Positions 1 to 8,805 of a stretch of DNA of 64,000 nucleotides are shown piece by piece. Made by a program: the position numbers and the translations under genes. The stretch is from a virus (Duplodnaviria; Caudoviricetes), in the IMG/VR virus record IMGVR_UViG_2974779332_000001, positions 1 through 64,000 of that record. The stretch is one strand, 5' to 3'. Below the pieces are notes generated by a model. The model did no database searches, was not told where the DNA came from, and worked only from the letters and a program-made list of their open reading frames with translations. Every line of letters starts with the position of its first letter. Position 1 is the first letter of the stretch.

Positions 1-59
1 GACAGGGACATTACAAGTCTTAACAAGCATTTGACCACCACATTCCAAGCCCTATCAAG

Positions 60-235
60 CATTCTGCCCCCGAATCCAAGGTAAATAAGGCTTTCAACCA
101 TCGATATTTTATGGCCAAAACAGCCCCAAAACGCTGAAAAATCACGATAAATCCCCCATTTCAAGGCAAAACGGACAGAAACGCCTGGTTTTCCCCACAA
201 TTTAACAGTCATTCGTAAAGAGACCCAAATCGGGG
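60..235. other. Phased A/T-tract (intrinsically curved) DNA
   Basis: A/T tracts start at about 83, 92, 105, 117, 128, 137, 149, 158, 168, 179, 189 and 199, a period of ~10-11 bp. No credible ORF. Confidence 0.7.
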
Positions 236-558
236 CATCATTCAGCCCCCAAATCTGACAGTCATCCCCCAAATCCATGGCAAAATACACTGTGATGCCT
301 TAGAATCGAAGCCGGTAGCCTATGAATCGTAGATTGGGTGTCGATTCTCCCTATATACACGACACACTCCTTGATTGGATTGAGATGAGTGATAGATTTG
401 GCCCGGTAATCGAAGGAACCCTTCGTAAATGAACCTATAAGTATCAACCCATTAGTAGAGTAGTTAGTTCTATGTATATAGGGGACAAGGACACCAACCA
501 CTACCGGCCCTCAATCTCAGATTGTCTTGTCTCGCATGTATATAGCAGCACACAACAC

Positions 559-586
559 AAAAGCCACCCCGAAGGGTGGCTATTTT
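559..586. terminator. Bidirectional intrinsic terminator
   Basis: AGCCACCC-CGAA-GGGTGGCT, flanked by AAAA on the left and ATTTTT on the right. Confidence 0.8.
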
Positions 587-774
587 TACATCCAAATATC
601 TCAGCAGAATTTTTCAAACTCTGGGGAAATTCAGCCCTTGCTTAAAGGGGAAATGTCTGGCAAAATTTGGAGTCCTTCGTAAAGGGGTTCCAATTCGGAC
701 ATCCGCGACATATCGCTGTTGATATTGGGAGTGATTAGGTTACTTAGGCTAAGTAAGTGTCCGGGCCGGACAAT

Positions 775-866
775 TGAAAGGTCCCTGGGTTGCGGCCGAC
801 CTTCCGCTATTTAACCCCTCGCCAGATTGACTGATAGGGGACCCAGGGACACACTTTGTACCTTAC
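775..866 (-). ncRNA. Candidate structured small RNA
   Basis: Lies downstream of TTGACA-17-TAGTAT (901..873). A 10-bp closing stem GTCCCTGGGT/ACCCAGGGAC encloses two hairpins. No ORF. Confidence 0.5.
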
Positions 867-903
867 TCTTCTATACTAGCAAGAGCCTGATAGCTTGTCA
901 ACA

Positions 904-1137
904 TCACTTGGTGTAGTCAGGGAACAGACGTTCCAGCTCCCAGTCTTCCAAGAGATAGGCAGAGTGAGTGGGAGAGGGTACGGGGATACTGACAGCCCTT
1001 CCCCACATCTTTGCCGGTTCGTTCCACACCTTGCCGATGAAAGAGTTGGGAGTGATTCCTTCCACCTTGAAGTAGAAGCTACCCGAGAGAACCAGGTCGC
1101 CCATGGACAGTTCGACACTTTCCTTTACCGGCTTCAT
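904..1137 (-). CDS. Hypothetical protein, leaderless
   Basis: 77-aa ORF whose ATG is 6 nt downstream of the TAGACT -10. Confidence 0.75.
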   Translation of the reverse strand: MKPVKESVELSMGDLVLSGSFYFKVEGITPNSFIGKVWNEPAKMWGRAVSIPVPSPTHSAYLLEDWELERLFPDYTK

Positions 1138-1249
1138 GAGTAGAGTCTATCAGTACAAGGAGGCCCTGTCTACCCACCGGGCCATCTGTCCGCCCCGGCC
1201 AAAATCCCCTAAACCCTTTCGGGCCTAGGGGACTCGGACCTTTCCTGGA

Positions 1250-2262
1250 TTAGCTGGCCAGGGCCAGGACCGCCTTACGGATGCGGTTCTTCTCGACGTT
1301 CACGACCGGGTCGAAACCGCTCGCAGCGATGAACAGGTTGTCCACGTTGCCCCCGCGCGGCATACGGTACCAGTCGATACGCTCGGTCAGCGCGTTGAGA
1401 GCACCGGCCATCGTGCCACCCAGAGACTGAGTGGTCTTGGGACCCTCACCCGTGTCGGTGAAGATGCCCATCAGGATGTCCCGCTTGCTCTCCCACTTGA
1501 CCATGGAACCCTTCACGTCCTTCTCAGGACGCGGGTACAGGTCCGCAATCAGAGCGTCGAACTGGTCCTTCGTGCACTTGGCAGCGGCCAGAGCGGTCAT
1601 CTCACGCTCGAACTCATCCGCGTACGCGAACGTGATGTTCAGAGCCTCGCGCGCCTGCGCCATGCGACCCTCAATGGTCTGCGTGTGGCGCATCTTGAAC
1701 TGCTGCTTCACACCGTTACGGAGTGCGAAGTTCAGCGTGTTCTGACACACGACGCGAACCGGAGTGATGGACGCCTGGACGGCAACGGAGCCGTCGTGAG
1801 AGGTGTTGACCAAGAGATACATCTTGGTCACGTCGTTGTCACCGATGACGATGTCACGAGAGATGGACAGAGAACCGAACACCACGCGACCGTCACGGAT
1901 GGAACCAGCCGTCTCCCACGTGCCACCACCCGCGAGGATGCCGTCACCGAAGCCGAACAGCTCCTCATTCTGGACGACCTTGTACCCTCGCCCACGGTGG
2001 CCAGAACGTCGTTCCGACCGTTGAACGGGTTGGTACGGACGACCATGTACGGCTCCGTGACGAAGTCGTAGTTGTCGGAAATCATGCCAAGGATGTCCTT
2101 GACGGATTCCAGTCGAACGTCCCAGCCGTTGAGGTGGGCCAGCGCCAGCATTTCGCTGGTCGTCAGCTCACCCTCGAACACGGTTCCGAGGTTGTGCCAC
2201 GCGGGCTCGTTGCGAGAAGCGAACGCGACCTGACCCTTGGAACCAATCTCAAGACCGTGCAT
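1250..2262 (-). pseudogene. DUF932-family phage/plasmid protein split by a 1-bp frameshift near 1987
   Basis: The N-terminal frame has PAWHNLG..VVRTNP..LATVGE. The other frame continues RYKVVQNEELFGF..WETAGSIRDGRVVF..NTSHDGS..TPVRVVCQNTL. SD GGAGG precedes the ATG at 2262. Confidence 0.8.
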
Positions 2263-2454
2263 TTTTGCCTCCATGGCAGATTGGTGTAAGGGCCGGTTTC
2301 CCTGCCCTTCGATGTCTCTAGTCTAGCAGTAGTCTGGGGGCGATGTCTACCCACCTGGTGTGTCTGCTATGTCCGTTTTGCCCTTTATGTTCCGGCCGCC
2401 CCGGACACACGAAAGCCCCTCCGAAGAGGGGCAGTGTGTCTAACCTACTAGAGA

Positions 2455-2886
2455 TTAGAAGGGCGGCTCGTCGCTGTAGTAGGAACCGGCCGCGTCCAGC
2501 TTCCGGCAGTAGTCGTCCACGATGTCCTTCGTGTCCTTGAGACCGAGACCGGTCATGGCGCGCAGCTCCTTGATGACCGGAATCTTCCGGTCGGAACCGT
2601 GCTTGACCACGATGGAAGCGACGTTGTCGTGGGCGCGCTGTACGGCCATCTCGTAGACCCGACGCAGCTTCGTCAGCTCCCACTCGTCGGGCGTGGGAAC
2701 GGAGACCAGGGACTTGCCGACCTCGTGACCGGACTTGTAGCCCTCGTCGTAGCTGCTGTTGCTGACCTCGTTGACCTTGCTCTGGTGCAGGGCCAGGATG
2801 TCACGGGCCATGCTGACCGCGTCGTTCAGGGAGAGCGTGGAGTCGCTACGCTCGTTCAGGATGTCGATGATGTCGCCGAGGTGCAT
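2455..2886 (-). CDS. Protein with ribosomal L7/L12 C-terminal-like domain
   Basis: KIPVIKELRAMTGLGLKDTKDIVD matches the bL12 CTD motif KIxVIKxVRxxTGLGLKEAKDLVE. SD AAGGAG. Confidence 0.8.
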   Translation of the reverse strand: MHLGDIIDILNERSDSTLSLNDAVSMARDILALHQSKVNEVSNSSYDEGYKSGHEVGKSLVSVPTPDEWELTKLRRVYEMAVQRAHDNVASIVVKHGSDRKIPVIKELRAMTGLGLKDTKDIVDDYCRKLDAAGSYYSDEPPF

Positions 2887-3009
2887 GACCACTCCTTCTC
2901 TTAGGGGCTCCTTGCCCCTTTCGATGTCTCTATCTTAGCAGTACAAGGGCTCTGTGTCTACCGGTCGAAATTTGTCCGGGCCCGACAGGGCCCCGAAGGG
3001 CCCTGTGGA

Positions 3010-3450
3010 TTACCAGCGGACACCCACACCCTCACCGGAGATGGATTCCACGATGTACTTCGCGGTACGCAGGTCCAGGGTGGGAAAGTTCTGTCGCAGG
3101 TGCTTGATGCACCGAATCTTGGTGTTCAGGTCGTAGTGGCTGAACTCACCATTGGCCCAGATGCTCGCACGGGTGACCAACTGCGTGTGGTCCTGCTCAG
3201 CGGTGTAGTTCGCGTTCCGCTGTCCCGAACGTCGCCCCGCCTCGAAACCCTCGTCATAGGCGTGCGTGACGCGCGTGTCGGTCTCCTTACGGGCCAGGTC
3301 CCAGGCGTTGTTTTCCACCTCGATGACCCGCTGCGAGTGCAGGTCTTCCACGATGCGGGCGACCTCGAACGCCTTCTTGAGGCTCATCCGGATGCCGTTG
3401 TTGTGGAAGATGCGAACGAGACGGTCCGAGTCCAGGGTCCACAGCGACAT
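3010..3450 (-). CDS. Paralogue of 2455..2886 with a divergent L7/L12-like domain
   Basis: KIRCIKHLRQNFPTLDLRTAKYIVE, plus the shared N-terminal SLxxAxxxARxxxxLH and YDEG motifs. Confidence 0.7.
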   Translation of the reverse strand: MSLWTLDSDRLVRIFHNNGIRMSLKKAFEVARIVEDLHSQRVIEVENNAWDLARKETDTRVTHAYDEGFEAGRRSGQRNANYTAEQDHTQLVTRASIWANGEFSHYDLNTKIRCIKHLRQNFPTLDLRTAKYIVESISGEGVGVRW

Positions 3451-3584
3451 GATGTCCTCCTGTCTTAGGGAGCTTGTCTCCCTTTCGATGTACTAAGCTT
3501 AGCAGCCATCGGGAGCAGATACAAGCCCAAAGCCAAAGTGTCCGGGCCCGACACGGGCCCCTCATGTCAAGGGGCCCGGCAGGG

Positions 3585-3920
3585 TTAGGGGTTCGTGTTC
3601 CCTCTCTTGAGAATGATTTGTTCGATGACGAATTTGGCATCCATCATTCGATTGAACTCAGCGTCAGAGCGGCTTTCCTTTCTGCCTGCCCATGCATTCA
3701 TGATAGCCACCACGAATGCGAACAGAACATCTTGCACAGGCTCAGGGTAGGTAGTCAGGAGGTAGGCGAATGCATTCACGTCGAATGAACGCTTATCCAT
3801 TTCCTCCATAAGCCTGTTTGCCAGTCGCTCATACGAGCCAGGGCGAGGGTTGACCAGTCGCGCACCCTCATACATGTCAGGCACAATCAGACTGGTCTGA
3901 CGGAAGGGGTCACGTGCCAT
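3585..3920 (-). CDS. Hypothetical protein
   Basis: 111-aa ORF, last gene of the Lsr2 cassette. Confidence 0.75.
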   Translation of the reverse strand: MARDPFRQTSLIVPDMYEGARLVNPRPGSYERLANRLMEEMDKRSFDVNAFAYLLTTYPEPVQDVLFAFVVAIMNAWAGRKESRSDAEFNRMMDAKFVIEQIILKRGNTNP

Positions 3921-4071
3921 CGAAATCCTCTGTTGTACCGTAGCCGTCAGATACGCTCACAGACAGGCCCAGCACCTTTGCCAGAAACTCGGCCGTAGCC
4001 GTAGCAAAGGGCCAGGCCCCATCGTGGGCGTCATCATCAGGAGTCTCAATTTCCAGGATGATGTTCGCCAT
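3910..4071 (-). CDS. Small acidic hypothetical protein (53 aa, not in ORF track)
   Basis: MANIILEIETPDDDAHDGAW...DFDGT*. It fills the gap between its neighbours and overlaps the next start. Confidence 0.65.
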   Translation of the reverse strand: MANIILEIETPDDDAHDGAWPFATATAEFLAKVLGLSVSVSDGYGTTEDFDGT

Positions 4072-4080
4072 GTCCCTATC

Positions 4081-4596
4081 CTATCGCGTGTGAACCTCAA
4101 CGTCCATCCCGAGCACCACGGGGGAGCCGCAGTGGCAGTGAGACAGGGAGTAACCGCACTTGCAGACCTCCCGCTCACTCAGGACGATACGCTTGTTGCC
4201 GTACCAGGCGGTGTACTCCGTACGGCTGGAACGGGTCGGGGCAGCGTGCGGACGCACGTCCTTACCGGTCACCTTGACGTGAACACCCGGCTCAGCGGGC
4301 TTGACGTCCGGGTTGTCCGCCTTGTAAGCGGCCAGCACCTCAGCGGAGAGGCGACCACGGGCGGACACGGTGAGACCCTTGGAAGCGGCCCATGCGCGAA
4401 CGGTCTTGGCATCGAACTGTCCCGCCTTGGGAGCGGAAGCGACGACCTTGCGCGGAGTGGCGTTGGTGTCAGAGAACACCTTGCCCTCACCCTCAGCCTT
4501 GGCAATGGCCGCGTGCGCTTCGGCACTCATCCGGCCACGGGCGTCAGCCTTGGCGAGACCCAGCGAAGCGGCGTAGGCGCGACGGGTCATGTTCAT
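4081..4596 (-). CDS. lsr2: Lsr2-like DNA-binding protein
   Basis: VRAWAASKGLTVSARGRLSAEVLAAY is the Lsr2 C-terminal RGR AT-hook domain. A second degenerate copy (ARGRMSAEA) is at the N-terminus, with a Cys/His-rich tail. Confidence 0.85.
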   Translation of the reverse strand: MNMTRRAYAASLGLAKADARGRMSAEAHAAIAKAEGEGKVFSDTNATPRKVVASAPKAGQFDAKTVRAWAASKGLTVSARGRLSAEVLAAYKADNPDVKPAEPGVHVKVTGKDVRPHAAPTRSSRTEYTAWYGNKRIVLSEREVCKCGYSLSHCHCGSPVVLGMDVEVHTR

Positions 4597-4720
4597 TGTG
4601 GGTTCCTCTCCCTTGGTGATGTCTCTAGTCTAAGGCATGGAAGGGGGCCGCGTCAACACGTCTAAATGTCCGTTTTGCCCCAAATGCCGGTTGTCCGGGG
4701 CGGCCCGAAGGCCCCCGCTG

Positions 4721-5455
4721 TCAAGCCTTACGACGACGGGGAACCTTGGACGCGAAACGAATGTCAGCCTTACCAAAGATGCAAAGGCCGCATGTGAAGC
4801 ACGCACCACCCTTTTCGGTGATAAGGGGAATGCGCTTGGCATTCTCAGGGCAAATAGCGCCAGGCTTGCCAGTCTCGGCAAGCATGAATTCCTTACCCTG
4901 GTCATGCGTTTCTGCCAGATAGGCAAGACGCACAAAGGGGTAAATCTCCTGAGTACCCAACGCAGCCTCTTTGTTCTCACTGTCTACACTCAGGTACACA
5001 GAGAGGTTAGGCACATCTTCCAGATAGGCCACGTACGCGAACGAACGTGTGTAAATCCAGAATTGCACGTCAGGGAATCGCTTGCACGTTTCCGCAAGGG
5101 CGTACGCGTAGTCAGAGGAAAAGATATCCCCATCGGCGTGCCAGCGGAATACCTTACTGATGTTGTGCTTTGCGCATTCCTGCGAGAATTCCGCAATCAT
5201 GTCAGTGAGCAGAGAAATCATCTCACCGATAGTTGCATCCTTCAACAGGTTCCAATTGTGCAATGCCAACTCACGGAATGCCGGATACATCTTTTCCAGC
5301 TTACCGGCATAGCAGACGCCTTCACATACACTTGTTGCGCCGGGGCAAGAATAGACCTTGCCACTGGGCAAAGAAAATGCATTCCTGAGAAGGGACTGAG
5401 TGCCAGCCTTGTTGACACGCGCAGTCGTCTTGCGGTCGTGAGAGCGCTTGAGCAT
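4721..5455 (-). CDS. Gp88-like (radical-SAM-like Fe-S) protein
   Basis: FSLPSG..SCPGATSVCEGVCYA, FRWHADGD, FWIYTRS and a C-terminal CxxCxxC. SD AAAGGA before the ATG at 5455. Confidence 0.7.
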   Translation of the reverse strand: MLKRSHDRKTTARVNKAGTQSLLRNAFSLPSGKVYSCPGATSVCEGVCYAGKLEKMYPAFRELALHNWNLLKDATIGEMISLLTDMIAEFSQECAKHNISKVFRWHADGDIFSSDYAYALAETCKRFPDVQFWIYTRSFAYVAYLEDVPNLSVYLSVDSENKEAALGTQEIYPFVRLAYLAETHDQGKEFMLAETGKPGAICPENAKRIPLITEKGGACFTCGLCIFGKADIRFASKVPRRRKA

Positions 5456-5555
5456 GGCAGTCCTTTCGTTGACGTAAGACGAGTCTAGCAGACATGAGGG
5501 ACGTAAACAAGCCCTCGATATGTCCGATTTGCCCGTTGTCCGTCCCCGACAGGGG

Positions 5556-5750
5556 CTAGAGGATAACGACGGAACGGTGAGAAGCATATGAGATTAGGTT
5601 CTCACGCTCAGTGGCTTCGTTGTAGAAAATCACCATTCGCTTGCCGCTGTAAGAGCCGATGTCACGAACGATGTGACCTTCCATGTAATATCCGCTATCG
5701 AAACGGACGCGCTCGTTGGGCTTGATTTCAGAAAAAGCCTTACGCTGCAT
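5556..5750 (-). CDS. Small hypothetical protein
   Basis: Starts MQRKAFSEIKP after GAGGA and overlaps the stop of the upstream gene. Confidence 0.65.
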   Translation of the reverse strand: MQRKAFSEIKPNERVRFDSGYYMEGHIVRDIGSYSGKRMVIFYNEATERENLISYASHRSVVIL

Positions 5751-6045
5751 TGCGTTCCTCCGAGCTGTAGGGCAGTTCCGTGTTACGAACAATGGTGCCA
5801 AGAGAGACAGCGTTGATTGTCTTGTGACCAAGAATCCAAGCCATCACAACACGATGCTGACCATTGTACACAGTGCCATTCTGAAAGTTGATAGGCATCT
5901 GAATTCCGTCACGCTCGCATGACTCAATGAATTCATCGCTCATCTCAAAGAAAAGCTGAGTGAACAGGTCCATCGTGCTCTGACCTTCCTCGCGGTCTGC
6001 GAAGTCGGCACGGGCAACGATTGCGTCTACACTCAGCTTCCTCAT
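5740..6045 (-). CDS. Minimal ParB/Srx-like domain protein, leaderless
   Basis: ESCERDGIQMPI..VYNGQHRV motif. The ATG is 7 nt from the -10. Confidence 0.7.
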   Translation of the reverse strand: MRKLSVDAIVARADFADREEGQSTMDLFTQLFFEMSDEFIESCERDGIQMPINFQNGTVYNGQHRVVMAWILGHKTINAVSLGTIVRNTELPYSSEERNAA

Positions 6046-6137
6046 GTTGTAGAGTCTAGCAGACATGACAGGCATACACAAGCACCAATTTCTGTCCGGG
6101 CCGGACATGACTAAGGGCCCCCGAAGGGGCCCGGTGG

Positions 6138-6197
6138 TCAGAAGAGAATCAGAAGAATGAACAGGGCTACGATGAGCCACACCCAACCATCACGCAT
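6138..6197 (-). CDS. 19-aa hydrophobic micropeptide
   Basis: MRDGWVWLIVALFILLILF*, with SD GGGAGGTG. It ends just before the terminator. Confidence 0.55.
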   Translation of the reverse strand: MRDGWVWLIVALFILLILF

Positions 6198-6267
6198 TCT
6201 CGCACACCTCCCTGTACCATGCGAAGTGACAGTACAGATAGAAGTGAAGCCATGTTGCGAAAGCCAT
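6190..6267 (-). CDS. 25-aa aromatic-rich micropeptide
   Basis: MAFATWLHFYLYCHFAWYREVCENA*, with SD AGGAG. Confidence 0.5.
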   Translation of the reverse strand: MAFATWLHFYLYCHFAWYREVCENA

Positions 6268-6275
6268 TACTACTC

Positions 6276-6584
6276 CTACTCGAACAGGCAGATTTCTGCC
6301 TCATCGAATTGCACGTACCATTCGGTCGTGTACTCGATGTCTTCAATGTTCAAAAGCCACGCGCACAGAATCCTGTGGTGACCCTCATAGACCTTGTTCT
6401 CATCGGGCTGATACATGATGGGAGTCTGAATCCCATCGGCCTGAATTGATTCAAGGAAGGTAGGGTTACCAATGAAGAGGTCATCGAACTTCTCTTCGAG
6501 CATCTGCCAGGTGGTGTGGCCCTTGGCCTCAGCATCATTGAAGATAGCCGACTCAATCAGCTTCGCAACAGATACCTTGGCCAT
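6276..6584 (-). CDS. Minimal ParB/Srx-like domain protein
   Basis: ESIQADGIQTPI..VYEGHHRI motif. SD AAGGAGG. Confidence 0.75.
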   Translation of the reverse strand: MAKVSVAKLIESAIFNDAEAKGHTTWQMLEEKFDDLFIGNPTFLESIQADGIQTPIMYQPDENKVYEGHHRILCAWLLNIEDIEYTTEWYVQFDEAEICLFE

Positions 6585-6699
6585 GACCCCTCCTTGGCTT
6601 GATAAGACTACTCTACACGACTACAGGGGCTATGTCTAGTGCCGGGCCAAACTGTCCGGGGCGGCCAAAAGGGGCCCCGAAGGGCCCCCAATGGGTTTG

Positions 6700-6972
6700 T
6701 CAGTCCTCGGAAGTGTCCTTGCTGCTGACCGCCTTGCCCTTCTTGAGAAGGGAAGCGTCACCGAGATTGACCTTACGCCGGGGACGCCCGACGTGAACGC
6801 TGGGGAAACGGGACAGAACGTCACGGGCACGGGTCTCGTCGGCTTCCAGGATGTCGAACCGCTGGAACGGAGCCTTAGTGGCCACCTCACCGAACACGAT
6901 GTCCACGCCCTGGACAATCATGGCCACACGGAGGGAGAGAGCGTGACGAACGGGAACGATACCGGCAATCAT
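6700..6972 (-). CDS. Hypothetical basic protein
   Basis: ORF with SD AGGAG, its own promoter (7086-7115) and a downstream TTCG terminator. Confidence 0.65.
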   Translation of the reverse strand: MIAGIVPVRHALSLRVAMIVQGVDIVFGEVATKAPFQRFDILEADETRARDVLSRFPSVHVGRPRRKVNLGDASLLKKGKAVSSKDTSED

Positions 6973-7101
6973 GTGCACTCCTGTGCTAGAAGTAAGCTGG
7001 GGTATTCAGTTATCAGAGACTTTGGCAGGAAGGGAAAAACCTCGTCTTGCGAGGCCCTGTGGCCTGTCCCCTTGTGCTTAGCTAGAGTCTAGCAGGCTGA
7101 C

Positions 7102-7275
7102 CTACTCGCAGTCAACCAGAATCTCCATGTCGTCCAGGTGGGCGTCAGGAGCCGGGTCGAACTCAAGGAACGTGTCCTCGAAGATGACCATCCAGGCGTA
7201 GCCCTCACGGTTCTTCGGGTTGCACTTGCCACGGTGCATGTCACCCATTGCCGCGCCACACTCGATGCACTTCAT
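7102..7275 (-). CDS. Small Cys/His protein
   Basis: MKCIECG...H...C, with SD GGGAGG. Confidence 0.7.
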   Translation of the reverse strand: MKCIECGAAMGDMHRGKCNPKNREGYAWMVIFEDTFLEFDPAPDAHLDDMEILVDCE

Positions 7276-7405
7276 GAGGTTCTTTCCTCCCTCTCGATGT
7301 TCTAAGTCTACACTAGAGATGCGACAGACACAACACCCAATATTCGTTAGGCTTGCTAAGGTGTCCGGGCCCGACACGGGCCCCGAAGGGCCCGGCGGGA
7401 AGAGA

Positions 7406-7690
7406 CTACTTCTTGCCAGCGCGCTTGTTGCTGTGGTTCCCGTTCATCAGGTTGGTGAAGTCCAGAACGATGTTCTGACGGAAGTTCGTTGCGCCGTGGA
7501 ACTTGCCGTCCTGGTCACGGACCACCACACGCACCTCGGTGTTGCCGAGAGCGGCACCCGGAACCTGCCAGGTCTCCAGTCGGATGGAGAAGGTGGACTT
7601 GGAACCCTTGACCTTGAAACCCTCGGTGAGGGTGACGGAGGAGACGACCTTGTGAGCGGCGTCGGTGACCTTGGCGAGGGAAACGGCCAT
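7406..7690 (-). CDS. Hypothetical protein
   Basis: 94-aa ORF, SD GAGGAG, in its own cassette. Confidence 0.8.
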   Translation of the reverse strand: MAVSLAKVTDAAHKVVSSVTLTEGFKVKGSKSTFSIRLETWQVPGAALGNTEVRVVVRDQDGKFHGATNFRQNIVLDFTNLMNGNHSNKRAGKK

Positions 7691-7834
7691 TTGAAGCTCC
7701 TCAGAGTCTCGCTCGGGGGTTCCTTCCCCCTTGCTGATAGCTAAAGTCTACACGACTCCAGAGACAAGTACAAGCCCTGAATTATGTCCGTTTTGTCGTC
7801 CGGGCCGGACAAGGGGCCCGAAGGCCCCAAGCCG

Positions 7835-8116
7835 TTAGCCCTCCTGCTCAGCCTTGACCTTTTGCAGGTGCGAAAGGTCTTCCAGGGTGCGAGAGATGGC
7901 GTTCAGCGTCTCATACGCTTCCGCCTTGCTGAAACCGATGTATCCACGGTCACCCGTGCCGGGAGCAGCCGAACCACCGTCAACGAACAGACGGTGAGCA
8001 ATGCCAGCCGAAGGGGTGCCCTCCTGGTAGTTCAGTTCGAGAGCGAAGCCCATGCCCTCCCAGTTGCGCTGGTAGCGCTGGATGGCGTTGAGAACGTCAG
8101 TCTTGGTAACCGTCAT
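7835..8116 (-). CDS. Hypothetical protein
   Basis: MTVTKTDV start after GAGGA, in its own cassette. Confidence 0.8.
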   Translation of the reverse strand: MTVTKTDVLNAIQRYQRNWEGMGFALELNYQEGTPSAGIAHRLFVDGGSAAPGTGDRGYIGFSKAEAYETLNAISRTLEDLSHLQKVKAEQEG

Positions 8117-8219
8117 TTCGGGTTCCTCTCCCTCGGTGTAAGACGAGTCTATCAGAGTCCAAGAGCCATTACAACCCACCGGCCAAAATGTCCGGGCCGG
8201 ACCCCGAAGGGCCCGACAC

Positions 8220-8543
8220 TCAGGTCAGCTTAGCCAGAAGCTTGCTGATTTCCTGCCGGAGTTCGCTCTGAGGGCGACGACCACGCTCCGCCTTGAGCGC
8301 ACGCTCAAAGTAGGCACGAAGTTCGGTCTTGTTGTACGGACCTGCGCACTCATCGGTGTAGTTGATGTCCTCGAACGGCTGAGGGCAGGAGCAACCGGAG
8401 TCGCTTGCCACAAAGTACCGTCCTCGGGCCTCCTTCCACACCTGAGTGATGTTGAACTGCCACTGTTCCTGGTCCCAGTCGAAGGAACCCACGTACTCAA
8501 GGTTGGTGAGCAGGACACGGCCGGGCTTAGAGAGGTTTGCCAT
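8220..8543 (-). CDS. Hypothetical phage protein (DSGCSC motif)
   Basis: 107-aa ORF, SD AAGGAG, contains ASDSGCSCPQPFED. Confidence 0.8.
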   Translation of the reverse strand: MANLSKPGRVLLTNLEYVGSFDWDQEQWQFNITQVWKEARGRYFVASDSGCSCPQPFEDINYTDECAGPYNKTELRAYFERALKAERGRRPQSELRQEISKLLAKLT

Positions 8544-8552
8544 GATGTCTCC

Positions 8553-8696
8553 TTAGACGTCTCTACGCTGTACCTTACCACACTTGGAACACTGGCGCAT
8601 CTGAATCAGCGCCTTCCATGTGCCGAGTCTGGGGAAGATGGGGGAATCGAACGTTCCCAACATCGTCTTCCAGTCAGACCATTTGTGGATGTGCAT
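8553..8696 (-). CDS. 47-aa putative Zn-binding peptide (not in ORF track)
   Basis: MHIHKWSDW...RQCSKCGKVQRRDV*, with SD GAGGAGG. Confidence 0.7.
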   Translation of the reverse strand: MHIHKWSDWKTMLGTFDSPIFPRLGTWKALIQMRQCSKCGKVQRRDV

Positions 8697-8805
8697 CCGG
8701 CCCTCCTCGATTTCTTAGTCATAGTCTACACGACCAGATTTTTAGTCGCAAGCCCATTTTTCAAGATTTTTAGTCCGGGGCGGACAGGGCCGAAGCCCCT
8801 TCCGC

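Noticed and set aside
262-501. 79-aa ORF near the left end
   Set aside because: No recognisable motif, atypical composition and a position beyond a terminator. At most a 32-aa GTG-started peptide.
4024-5488. Long + strand ORFs 4024..4665 and 4637..5488
   Set aside because: They are antisense shadows of the Lsr2-like and Gp88-like genes. All regulatory signals point leftward.
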